Assembly (NCBI RefSeq): GCF_001194135.2
Contig: NC_068982.1
Location: 175,662,577-175,719,536 of the forward strand
DNA: 56,960 bases
Origin: Octopus bimaculoides
Taxonomy: Eukaryota
Direction of reading: 5' to 3'
Positions 37,012 to 48,474 of the stretch are shown piece by piece (the stretch's first letter is position 1; every line of letters begins with the position of its first letter). A model generated the notes under the pieces. It searched no databases. It saw only the letters and a list, made by a program, of their open reading frames with translations, and was not told where the DNA came from. The position numbers were made by a program, and so were the translations under genes.

Positions 37012-37131
37012 AATTTATCACCTGATGAGATACACCTGCACCACTGGATGCTCCTGAACCAGTTGTTGAGTGTCCCACCCATGAGGGATCAATGTTAGAT
37101 GTGTCGAAACAATTGTCGTGATTAATAAATT
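37012..37131 (+). ncRNA. Type I hammerhead ribozyme with intact core and a large branched helix II insert
   Basis: Helix I ATCAC(37017-21)/GTGAT(37118-22), extended by AATTT/AAATT after a 4-nt bulge. Core CTGATGA 37022-28. Helix II GATACA/TGTGTC. GAAA 37106-09. Palindromic helix III ACAATTGT. GTC cleavage triplet 37115-17. AATAAA at 37124-29. Confidence 0.85.
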
Positions 37132-37154
37132 CTCATATATTCCATCTTCCATCT

Positions 37155-37650
37155 TTTTTTGTATGTGGCAAATGCTCAGGTACTATAAACAATAAAAATG
37201 TGCAGAGAACAGCTTCTGTCACATTCCTGGGAGAAAAACTACAAGTAGTTGATAGCTTCCGTTACCTAGGGAACCAAGTCAGTAGTGGGGGTGGATGCTC
37301 TGAAAGTGTAGTTGCTAGAATAAGAATAGCCTGGACAAAGTTCAGAGAGCTCCTACCTCTGCTGGTGACAAAGGGCCTCTGCTGGTGAAAAACAACATTC
37401 AAGCATAGTCATTGCCAGTGCTGCTGGACTGGCTCCTGTGCCAGAACCGCCTGACTGGCCCTCATGCTGGTGTCACATAAAACCACCCACTACACTCTCG
37501 GAGTGGTTGGCATTAGGAAGGGCATCCAGCTGTAGAAACTTTGCCAGCTCAGATTGAGCCTGGTGCAGCCTCTGGCTCACCAGTCCTCAATCAAACTGTC
37601 CTACCCATGCCAGCATGGAAAGCAGACATTAAACGATGATGATGATGATG
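37155..37650 (+). mobile_element. RTE LINE copy, 5'-truncated and internally deleted
   Basis: FVCGKC...LVTKGL is joined directly to the 3' UTR repeat at 37380/37381. (GAT)n tail. Confidence 0.85.
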
Positions 37651-38842
37651 ATCTACAATGGGCTTCTTTCAGTTTCTGTCTATCAAATCTATTCACAATG
37701 CTTTGGTCAGCTCGAGGCTATAGTAGAAGGCACTTACCTAAGGTGCCATGCAGTAGGATTGAACCCAGTACCATGTGGTTGGGAAGGAAGCTCCTTACCA
37801 CAAAGCCATGCCTATGGCTTGTATAGTCATTTTATGGGACATATGTAGTATAAGTAGTATCTGTTTAGTTCTATGTCAGCTCAGCAAGAGCTAATCTATG
37901 CTCAAAATGTGTTTTAGTTAAGACTATCTCATCTGTTTTGTTTCAGACAAAATATGAATGTCTCTCTGCATTTTTTAATTTTTTTGAAGGTGGTACAGTA
38001 TAATTTGGTTACAAATTCTAATAAGTTAAGTAACTTGTGTTGACTCACAGTATCTATATAGTATGTGTGGATTTTAGCTGCAGCTCAATCTCAAGGCTGA
38101 GTAAACCTGTGATCAATGGAGCCCTAGTCATGACCATTACATCTTGATTGTAGTTACAGAATATTATCTAATGTAGTCTCTTTTTTTTAATGGTACAGTG
38201 TAATTTCTGAAATTTGACTGTAATTACTAGTAGGTTGAAGCATCAGGTAGAGTCTGTCTCACAGGCTCAAATTGATGTTATAGAGGAGGGTAGTTTAACT
38301 GTTAGGTGATAGCATGTTTTGGAATATCATTAACCAGTAACCACTAATGATACAACAATGACTTTGAAGTATAAGTATTCTCGGGTTACCATTGAGTGAA
38401 CCTATTGAATTTATCCTGAAATAGTTAGATGTGTGTGTTTTGGTTTACTATATAGTCTAACATTCTGTCACTATTGAGTACAGTTTTATCAAGGTGGAAT
38501 ATAACTAGCATTATTAGATATCTCATTAACAGAATTTTTTCATGGAGCATGTATTAATATAAACACTCGCACACATATACTCATAAACATAAGTAGTCAT
38601 TTATGCATAAGATATTTTACAAAAGATGTGTGTGGTGGGCAGCTAATCCAATGACCCGGTACACAGAAGCTTATTACTTGGCATGAAATGAACTGGGAGT
38701 TTAAACTACCATTCTACCATTTACTTCAAGTATCATCATGCTATACACACACAAACATATATATATATGCTAACACACCTATAAGCTCAGAGTATACATA
38801 CATAGGAAGATACAAATATACATATATATATATATATATATA

Positions 38843-39008
38843 CTACACTCTCTGAGTGGTTGGCGTCAGGAAGGGCATCCAGCTGTAGAAACTCTGCCAA
38901 ATTTAGATTGGAGCCTGGTGTTGCCATCCGGTTTCACCAGTCCTCAGTCAAATCGTCCAATCCATGCTAGCATGGAAAGCAGACGTTAAACGATGATGAT
39001 GATGATGA
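38843..39008 (+). mobile_element. Young RTE 3'-end fragment adjoining (TA)n
   Basis: Near-identical to the reverse complement of the 4992-5160 tail. Confidence 0.85.
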
Positions 39009-40169
39009 TATACATATACAAGTATGAACATAAATATACATGTGAACAAATTAATATACACATGTCAAAAATGTTTGCTTGTACACATGTACACATGCCA
39101 CCTCAAGCACATACACAAATCAGTCACAAACCTCAAACATTTGAAGAATCAGAAGTTATTCTCTTTCCGTTATTACTTTTTTTCTTTTGATGTTAGTTTT
39201 TGTTAATGTTGTATTTTACTCCTCTGTTCCATTGTTTCCATAGCAACAAAAACAAAACCAATACAACTAAACAGCAAAAGTAATAAGAATACAAAGGACA
39301 AAAAAAAAAAACATTAATAGATTCTCCATGCAGATTATCCACTATTTTTTTATGGGATCAAACCCCATTCAACAGATTCCCATTCTTCCCAACCCACCGT
39401 CAACACCAACATTTTTATCACTACAACCACTATTCCATCATCACCTGAAAATAGAAACATCAACACCACTAAGACTAACACTGGTCATATAAGCCAGTAG
39501 TCACTAGGCCTGTTAGAAATAGCAACAAAATTTCCCTCAGATAACACTATACCATCTTGAGGAAGGAAAGAACACACTGGATAATGTATCATATACACTC
39601 TTAAAAAAATATGGTAGGGCTGTCTTTGATCATAGGCTTTCTCAGTCAAGACTGACCCAAGGCCAAACAACAACTCACAAGAAACTCACCCATCCCCAAT
39701 ACTGCCACAAGTGATGATGAAATCAAAGCCCCATCGTTATCATCATCATCATTACCATCCCCATTAACATCATTAAAATCAAAAACAGCAACACATCGGT
39801 TGCCACTAACAACAACAGTATCATCATCCTTGTTACCCTCTCCACCCCATTAAATACTACTACCACTACAATTGCCAACCTGCACCACAAAAAAAGAAGA
39901 AAAAATAAATTACCATTCCCCACCCATAGATGCACAAACATGTATACATCAGTGAACATGATGGAATGTTTCAAGAACATTTAGATTTCTTGAACAGGTG
40001 TTGTGTAATTAGAACAGCAACAGTCTTTAATTTCATGTATTTATATTTTAAATAAGTAGAGAGAGGAAGAGGAAAAGCATCACCAGCATCCCTACAACTA
40101 TTTTCTGCCCTACCATATCATCATCATCATCATACAGGTAATTTTGTATCATACGGTATTTGGTATGAC

Positions 40170-40457
40170 CCTTGAGCAGGATTTTTGTCTTGTTTACATA
40201 TTTGCTTTTAAGATTGGCATCATGTCATGCTTGAGAAGAAATCCCATCAAACAGAGCAAAATCACAGTCATGGCAGATACTGGTGTCATGCCAGTGGCAT
40301 GTAAAAGCACTCATTACACTCTCAGGAAGGGCATCCAGCCATAAAATACCATGCCAAATCAGACTGGAGTCTGGTGCAGCCTTCCAGCTTACCAGCCCCT
40401 AGCCAAACCATCTAACGCCTGCCAGCATGGACAACGGATGTTAAATGATGATGATGA
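40170..40457 (+). mobile_element. RTE 3'-end fragment
   Basis: Tail homology with (GAT)n. Confidence 0.75.
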
Positions 40458-40572
40458 TTCAGTGGCTACAAAATAAAGTAACAAAGAAAATATGCAGAAG
40501 TAAATAAGTAAAAGAAAAACAACTAAATAGTTAAAAAGAAAAAGGAAACAAAGAGAAAAAATAGCACCTTAC

Positions 40573-40616
40573 CGATTTGTTGCTTCTATGCTCGATGTAA
40601 TGTAGTTCATCCAGCT
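40573..40616 (-). CDS. Candidate 44-nt internal exon of an unidentified minus-strand gene
   Basis: Acceptor ttttcttttgttttgtttttcag and donor TCG|gtaagg. Two frames are open: SWMNYITSSIEATN(R) and (x)LDELHYIEHRSNKS. Product not recognised. Confidence 0.45.
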
Positions 40617-40930
40617 CTGAAAAACAAAACAAAAGAAAAAAAATTATTATTATAATTACAATAAACTAAAAAATGTTTAACAATAATCATTTCTAATTTG
40701 GGCACAAGGTCAGATATTTGTGGGGATGTGCTTGTTAATTAAATCAATCTCAGTACTTTATTTAATGACTCTGAAAAGATGAACAGCAAGACTGGCCTTG
40801 ATAAGAGGTGAACTCGGAGTATAAAGAATCAAGAACAAGTATCTTAAAACATTTGGGCCAACGGTCAGTTATTATTATTATTATTATCATTCCATCTTTA
40901 ATCTTCTTTCTGTTAACACCTCAAATGTAA

Positions 40931-41030
40931 GATTTCTTCCCTGAAGATAGAAGCTTGTATCATCTGACAATGGAATCAATTTACAATCATTATTTTGGAT
41001 TACTGAGCCTCCAGAAACAGCTGTTGAATT
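40931..41030 (+). ncRNA. Hammerhead relic
   Basis: CTGAAGA (40941-47), TAGAAGCT/AGCCTCCA helix II with two A.C mismatches, then GAAA-CAGCTG-TT. Helix I is weak. Confidence 0.35.
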
Positions 41031-41270
41031 TGTAATACTCTTTTTCAATCCCTTTCATTCTTGATATCATTTCTATTCTGTGTAAGTCAGACCCTTTTTA
41101 TGTAAACATTTATACTTTTCTTGTATTTAGTGTATTTAATATTCTTTGTATATCAACTTACCTAACTTGCATATCCTTACATTTACTCCTTTACCTTCTC
41201 AAGCTCAAACCTCTTGAGCACTACTAAGTGTATTCTATACAAAGAATATTTAATTCTCATCTATGAACTA

Positions 41271-41815
41271 TATTATTATCATTATTATTATCATTTCACT
41301 TCTCAGAGCTCTCAATTTCACTTATTCAGGCTAATTCTGTGAGAGTGGACAACAGCCTTCTTCCACGATACTTAACATCCAAGTACCAACCTCAAAATCC
41401 TCACTGTCTCCAATGAAGTAGTTTTCTGAGCATGTTTCACTCTCATATCAATCCCAATTTCTCCAAGAAATTTCTCAAACCTGATTGTTAATGCTTCCAA
41501 TGGCCCTACAACTTCAGGGATGACTGTTACTTTCTTAATTGCCCACATTTGTACAATCTCATCTTTTAGTGGTGTGTACTTCTAAATCATTTTCAGTTCT
41601 TTATCATCTATTCATACATCCCCAGGTATAGCAGTATCTATGATCTTGGTTTCTTTCATCATTTCACCAACTACAACAATGTCTAATCACCAAGCATAAA
41701 TCACTGAATCACAATGGATTGTAAAATCCCACAAGATTATTCTCAGTGACAAGTTCTAGTTTATGCTCGTACCATCTCAATGTTCTTTCAAGTTCATAAT
41801 TCTCATACAATCACC
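41271..41815 (-). mobile_element. R4/Dong-like non-LTR retrotransposon 3' fragment (restriction-like endonuclease domain)
   Basis: WYEHK..., LWDFTIHCD, LDIVVV, IIDTAIPGD, KYTPLKDEI..MWAIKKVTVIPEVVGPL, stop at 41372-74, then a (TAA)n tail. Confidence 0.85.
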
Positions 41816-42008
41816 TATTATTATTATTATTATTTCTTTTATTTGCAACAAATATAACCAAAGATGAAGATATTACAAGGACAAATTATGGAGGAAAAGT
41901 GTTTGTGTCTTGAGATACACAAAATTAATTACAAAAAGAGACAGTACAGAAAATAAAAGTTTACAAAGGTATTAAATGACATCTCCCATATATATATATA
42001 TATACAAA

Positions 42009-42673
42009 AAGTAATGTTTGTAGCCACTTCAACATGGCTGTCCATTTGAACGAATTTTACTTTGATTTTTTTTTAACCCCATGAGGACATCTCTAGCTGG
42101 TTAAGAACGCACAGCTACATCTGAGTTATTGCGAGCAGAAGAGCAAACCCTTACCACCTTCTAGCAACGGGACCAGCAGACCAGCCTGGTTTCGGGTTAT
42201 TTCTGCCTCTCTTCAGTAGTGAACACCTTCTCCTCGCAATGTATATAATTTCAAGTGAACATGGCTGTCCATTTGAATAGACTTCACTGTGATTTTTTTA
42301 ACCCCAAGAGGTCACCTCTTCTAGCTAGTTAGCTGCATCTGAGATATTGTGAGCAGGGGAACATTTTCGCTTGTTGCAAAGTAACCGACTGTATGTCACT
42401 TGAAATTATGTACATTGCGAGCAGAGAGGAGCTACTGCCATCTCTAGTAGACAAGGTGCCCAGTTCTGTGGAGAAGTAGAAATAGCCTGAAACCAGGCTG
42501 GTATGCTGGTCCTGTTGCAAGAAGGTAGTAGGGGTTCACTCTCCTGCTTGCAGTATCTTGGATGAAGTTGTGCATCATTAAACAGCTAGAGGAGATGTTC
42601 TCTTGGGGTTAAAAAATTGCAGTAAAGTCTGTTTAAATGGACAGCCGTGTTGAAGTGGCTATGAACATTACTT
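42009..42673. mobile_element. Foldback element with about 200-bp inverted arms
   Basis: 42009-42216 matches the reverse complement of about 42465-42673. A third partial arm lies at 42258-42345. Inner 23-bp inverted repeat 42236-58/42396-418. Confidence 0.75.
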
Positions 42674-42770
42674 GTTAGTACAACTACAGTGTTGATCTCT
42701 TAGACAGATTTTAAAACTAGAATTTTTGCTTATATATATAACCTCAGCTCTAGGCTGAAGCCAGTAAAAG

Positions 42771-42819
<49 letters not shown>

Positions 42820-43437
42820 GAGCGAGAGAGAGAGAAAGAAGAAATTATGTACGCAAGTAGATATACAACTGGTACTGAACATAATGTTCTGAGTTCTATG
42901 TAAGTTTTAAGAATCCAGTCTGCTTTTTGTATAGTTGTTAATTAACTACTATACTTAGTCTTACCAGCTAAGATCTACAGATCAAACACAGGAGAAATAA
43001 GAATAAACACAAATTTATATTAATGTCCCTATGTGCGGTTCACCACTGGTTATTCGGAGCCCTGCGATAGAAGCTCCAAATGCATATAGATACAATAAAG
43101 TGTTCCCAGAGGATTTGTTGTGACTGAGTATCATTATGCATTTGGAAATTTTATTGCAGGGCGTCAAACAACCATAGTGGAGAACATACATAGGAACTTT
43201 AATATAAACTTGTGTTTATCCTTAAGCACATACATGCAAAACAATGTGGAAAAAAATAGTACTCGGATACTGAAGGTAGAATATCTTTTTATTAAAGCCA
43301 AAACCAGTCTTCACAAACTGTTACTCAGAGTTTACAGTACGTCAGAGAGTAGTGACATTATGATCATGACTCTCTGGCAAATGGTAATGCAAAACTCTGA
43401 GTAACAATTTGTGATGATTTTTTTAGTTTTAATAAAA

Positions 43438-43503
<66 letters not shown>

Positions 43504-43692
43504 CATAATAGGGTAAAAATTCGATATTAATTAATATCAATTTAATACCAGGAAACTAGCACATTAAAAGAATCAGATGGTTCAGAAAAAATTTTCCGAG
43601 ATCCTAATAGGATTATAGTACTTATGTATATATATAGTTTTGGTAAAACTGTGTGTATATTTTTAATAAAAGTGTGTGTGTTTATATATATG

Positions 43693-43990
43693 AAGGCACA
43701 TTGCTTAGTGGTTAAGGTATTGCACTCATGATTGCGAGATCATGGGTTTGATTCCCAGACTGAGCATTGCATTGTGTTCTTAAGCAAAGCACTTCGTTTC
43801 ACATTGCTCTGAGATCATTTCGACACCTAACATGTGACACCCATTGCACCTGTACAGGTAATGTCAATCTGATGGAGGGAGTGAGTTTATGTCTACACAA
43901 ATATTTGATTACAATAAACAAATCATCTGTGGGGTTGTTCGGTCAGAAATTGTCAAACCCTCATACATAGTCTAATGACAGGAGGGTCCA
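43693..43990 (+). mobile_element. tRNA-derived SINE (family 4-type head, different body)
   Basis: GAAGGCACATTGCTTAGTGGTTAAGG...GGTTTGATTCCC...GTGTTCTTAAGCAAAGCACTT. Confidence 0.7.
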
Positions 43991-43991
43991 T

Positions 43992-44022
<31 letters not shown>

Positions 44023-44212
44023 TTATGCTAGTAAGTAGTTCTACAAAGGAAGGAGTTTTCAGCATGGTAGAGTAAATATTAAATATACATTATCGACGAA
44101 TACAGCACTTAAAAAAAAAAAACTTTAGTTGCTGACAAGTAACCTGATAACTTTCTTCAATGCAAAATTTCAAGTAATATCACAGAAGTCACTTCTAACA
44201 AATTTACTTGTG

Positions 44213-44634
44213 NNNNNNNNNNNNNNNNNNNNNNNNNNNNNNNNNNNNNNNNNNNNNNNNNNNNNNNNNNNNNNNNNNNNNNNNNNNNNNNNNNNNNNNN
44301 NNNNNNNNNNNNNNNNNNNNNNNNNNNNNNNNNNNNNNNNNNNNNNNNNNNNNNNNNNNNNNNNNNNNNNNNNNNNNNNNNNNNNNNNNNNNNNNNNNNN
44401 NNNNNNNNNNNNNNNNNNNNNNNNNNNNNNNNNNNNNNNNNNNNNNNNNNNNNNNNNNNNNNNNNNNNNNNNNNNNNNNNNNNNNNNNNNNNNNNNNNNN
44501 NNNNNNNNNNNNNNNNNNNNNNNNNNNNNNNNNNNNNNNNNNNNNNNNNNNNNNNNNNNNNNNNNNNNNNNNNNNNNNNNNNNNNNNNNNNNNNNNNNNN
44601 NNNNNNNNNNNNNNNNNNNNNNNNNNNNNNNNNN
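44213..44634. other. Assembly gap (N)
   Basis: Run of N. Confidence 1.
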
Positions 44635-45260
44635 AAAAAAAAAAAAAAAAAAAAAAAAAATTAAAAGTAATTAATTTATTAAAAAGAAAAATGTAATAAA
44701 ATTGGAAATTGGCATAATTAATTTTGTATAAAATAAAATTGTAAAAAAAAAATTTGTCAGGTTTTTTTTTTTAATAACTATTAGTTATTATCTTCTTTGG
44801 AAGCTGGATTTCTAAGGGAAATATGTGTCTCTAATAAAAGAATTCCAACTAATTTTAGAGAATATTTGATTTTCTTGTGGTTAACAACATTAGGACTGTT
44901 TCACACACACATACACAAACAAAAGAATACTGAAGATATTAAATTCATAAAGAAGATGATGTGTCAGCAATGGGGACAAATGATGATGATGAATGGAATT
45001 ATAAACTAAGCAGGAGCATCATAGAACTGTTTGTCTTGTTCTTACAAAAAGAATGTAATTCTACAATTCACTGAGTTGGGCTGAGAATTGGTAGAAACAG
45101 TATCAGCCTAAATAATTGAAATATATTTAATTTCAGTAATGATTACAGGTCACAAATTATGAGGAAGAATATACTCAATTCAAATCTACCCTACTATTTT
45201 GCTGGCACATATTTTATCAGCTTTGAAAGAGTGAAAAGTAAAGTCAGCTCTAACAAAATT

Positions 45261-45492
45261 TTAAACCCTTTCGTTACTGTATTTATTTTGGAGAGGCTCT
45301 GTGTTTCTTTCACTTAATTTTAAATATAACAAAGAATTTAGTAAAATAACTTAGTTATCATTAAGCTGATGTTAGGAACATAAATTGTGACTAAGGTTTG
45401 GTGGAAGATTTTAATTCAAAATTTATGAAAACAAGACATTTGTACTACAGAGCCAGAGGCAGTTTTAGCTGAGTTGATATTAAAAGGGTTAA
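45261..45492. mobile_element. piggyBac-like MITE
   Basis: Ends TTAA(A)CCCTTT ... AAAGGGTTAA. Internal homology to 47641-47810. Confidence 0.5.
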
Positions 45493-46047
45493 CTCAGGAT
45501 ATAACTAATATCATGCATTTAACCTGGTGATCTAATAATCTATCAGTCATACTATAAGAATCTTGCTGAAGTGAATAAAATACTGGGGTGAAAAGACTTG
45601 ACTTTTTTTTTTTTTTTTTTAATAAATTAGTCAGTAGAGGAGGGGCAGTATACATGACCTTTTCTAGATTAGTGGGAGTGTTGTGACTGACATCAAGCCA
45701 GAGCTTCAAGGTCATTGTCAACAGGAAAATATAAGAAGAAAAGGGACGGAAGAGTCAGGCCCAATAGTTTACAAGCATCCATGAACTAGGTCTTGGTGTT
45801 GAATGGGGTGATGTCTTAGGTCTACCACCATTAACGAAAATGAAAACAAATTCCATTTTTATGCGCCTGAGTCAAAGAGAAAAGTCATTATGACAGAGTC
45901 CGGCAAGGAAACCTGGTGATTTTTAAATACACTGGTGGCAAATACAGAACATCAGCAGCCTTTATTGTCTAAATGAAGACGAAAATGTAGGGTACTTACA
46001 AAAAATATGTGACACATACTTATGCTTCTAATTGAATTGCACATGTA

Positions 46048-46300
46048 TAGGCACAGGTGTGGCTGTGTGGTAAGAAACTTGCTTCCATTTGTGTGTTTGT
46101 GCCTGTGTTTGTCCCCCCACCATCGCTTGACAACCGATGCTGGTGTGTTTACGTCCCCGTAACTTAGTGGTTCGGCAAAAGAGACCAATAGAATAAGTCC
46201 TAGGCTTACAAAGAATAAGTCCCGGGATCGATTTGCTCGACTAAAGGCGATGCTCCAGCATGGCTGCAGTCAAATGACTGTAACAAGTAAAAGAATAAAG
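46048..46300 (+). mobile_element. Family 2 SINE with internal deletion
   Basis: The head joins directly to the post-microsatellite half. The tail matches the reverse complement of 20385-20580. Confidence 0.85.
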
Positions 46301-47640
46301 AGGTAGGTAAATATTTCTTAATGTCCATGAAAATGCTTCCTGCATAAGTGATTGCTCTATCTTGTTAAAACTATATTATGTATTAAGGAAGTCTGGTCCA
46401 CCTTCTTCGAAGAAACATGAAACTAACACAACTAAGTTGTCCATACAGCATCACCATGATACATGTTCATAGAGGAGATACTCATGTAGTTGTGGATTGT
46501 TGTCTGATCTATACCAGAAGCTTTGCTTATTTATGTAACCTGACAGATAGAAATGTTCTTTCATTACATGGGAAGAACCATATCATCTATTGACATTAAG
46601 AGCACATTTTCTGCCTTTCCTAATAACAATGATATATGTGTTCAATTATAATCATACAAGATGAAAATTTAAAATCGAGATTCAATATCTTCCACACACT
46701 ACATTCTAAACTGTCTCATGTTGTGCCATGAATTCATTCAGTATGAGGACTGATCACTACCTAATAATCACAATATACTCTAGTATCTGAGCAGTTCAAA
46801 TAGCTGATGGTTTCAATGAACCAATCTATCTAAAGCTTACTAAACATAGCAGTATCTCCTAGCTAGGTGCTTCTCAATGATGGCCAACATTAAATACAAA
46901 TGGAATGGCTGCAATCAATTAAATGAATCATTACTTTTGATAACAACTTGATCACAAAAGCATGTCACACACACAACTGTTTTATAGCTGCAAAGATTAC
47001 ATCATCCATGCAGTTCAACACACCCAAGTGCATGAACTCCTATCCTCGTCAACTGTATTACCATAGAAAACCATTAGGTTTCTCTGCTGAATTCCTTATT
47101 ATTAATATTATCTCACAAGGAAAATACCTCATGGATTTTTGTTTTATTCCTCTGTATACAAGAGTAACTTTCCCATTTGACCTTTTAGGAGTCAAAAAAA
47201 TGTGTATTGGTAGTACTTTATTTTTTCCCCTTAAAATTGATTCCATCCTCAATCAACTAAGTAACTGGCTGAGTACATAAGTTAAAGGTAGATCAAAAAA
47301 ATTAGTGAATGGGTAATGTATTGAAATATTAGTTCATTGTCAAGGCATTCAAATACATCATAAATGCCCTATTGTTTAGTTCCAGGTCAGTCATGATTAA
47401 ACATGCATACAATCAAAGGTACTACAGTCATAATCATTTTAGATGTATATAAGGTTACATTATCTAGTGAATGCTTCCCTAATTCAAAATGGTATGGCAT
47501 GATCTAATATGATCTGAAAAAAAATTGACAGCTATTTCTTGCAGATCCAACAACCATGTAAAAGCTCTGACACTGGCATATCAGTGCTTTACTGTGGTAC
47601 TAGGTAGGACTCTATTTCACATGCCTTAGTTCATGTAGCT

Positions 47641-48474
47641 ATTAACTCTTTTGATATCAAACTACCCGAGACCACCCATGATATCATGATACAAACTTCC
47701 TATTTTAAAGTGAACTAAATTAAAACCTTCCATAAAAATTTCATATCAATTTATGTTCTAAACTCCAGTTTAATGATGATTAAGTTATTTTATTAAATTC
47801 TTCATTATTAACGGCAGATGCTCAGAAGCAATAAACACTGAAAATGTGCAGAGAACAACTTCTGCCACATTCCAAGGAGAAAGACTACAAGTAGTTGATA
47901 GCTTCCGTTACCTAGGTGACCAAAACAGTAGCAAGGGTGGATGCTCTGAAAGTGTAGCTGCTAGAATAAGAATAGCCTGGGCAAAGTTCAGAGAGCTTCT
48001 ACCTCTGCTGGTGACAAAGGGCCTCTCGCTCAGAGTAAAAGGCTCCCATGCTGGTGGCATGTAAAAAGCACCATTCGAGCGTGATCGTTACCAGCATCGC
48101 CTTACTGGCACTTGTGCTGGTGGCACGTGAAAAACAATATTCGAGCGAGGTCATTGCCAGTGCCACTGGACTGGCTCCTGTGCAGGTGACATGTAAAAAT
48201 CACCATTTGAGTGTGGCTGTTGCCAGTATCGCCTGACTGGCCCTCGTGCACGTAAAAGCACCCACTACACTCTCGGAGTGGTTGGCATTAGGGAGGGCAT
48301 CCAGCTGTAGAAACTCTGCCAGATCAGATTAGAGCCTGGTGCAGCCATCTGGCTCACCAGTCCTCAGTCAAATCGTCCAACCCATGCCAGCATGGAAAGC
48401 GGACGTTAAACGATGATGATGATGATGATGAAAGGCAGTGTATTTTAACAGGAATTCTGTAACAAAAGGGTTAA
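47641..48474. mobile_element. piggyBac-like MITE interrupted by the RTE copy at 47813-48430
   Basis: Left end TTAACTCTTTTGATATC and right end GTAACAAAAGGGTTAA. Opposite orientation to 45261-45492. Confidence 0.5.
47813..48430 (+). mobile_element. RTE LINE copy, 5'-truncated and internally deleted
   Basis: ...TKGLSLRVKG is joined to the 3' UTR repeat near 48042. Three 66-bp-type units and a (GAT)n tail follow. Confidence 0.85.

Larger units (their letters stand above)
36697..37818 (-). mobile_element. Family 2 SINE split by nested insertions (tail half 36697-36895, head half 37656-37818)
   Basis: The two halves are collinear with 20385-20790 and meet at the central microsatellite. Confidence 0.75.
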
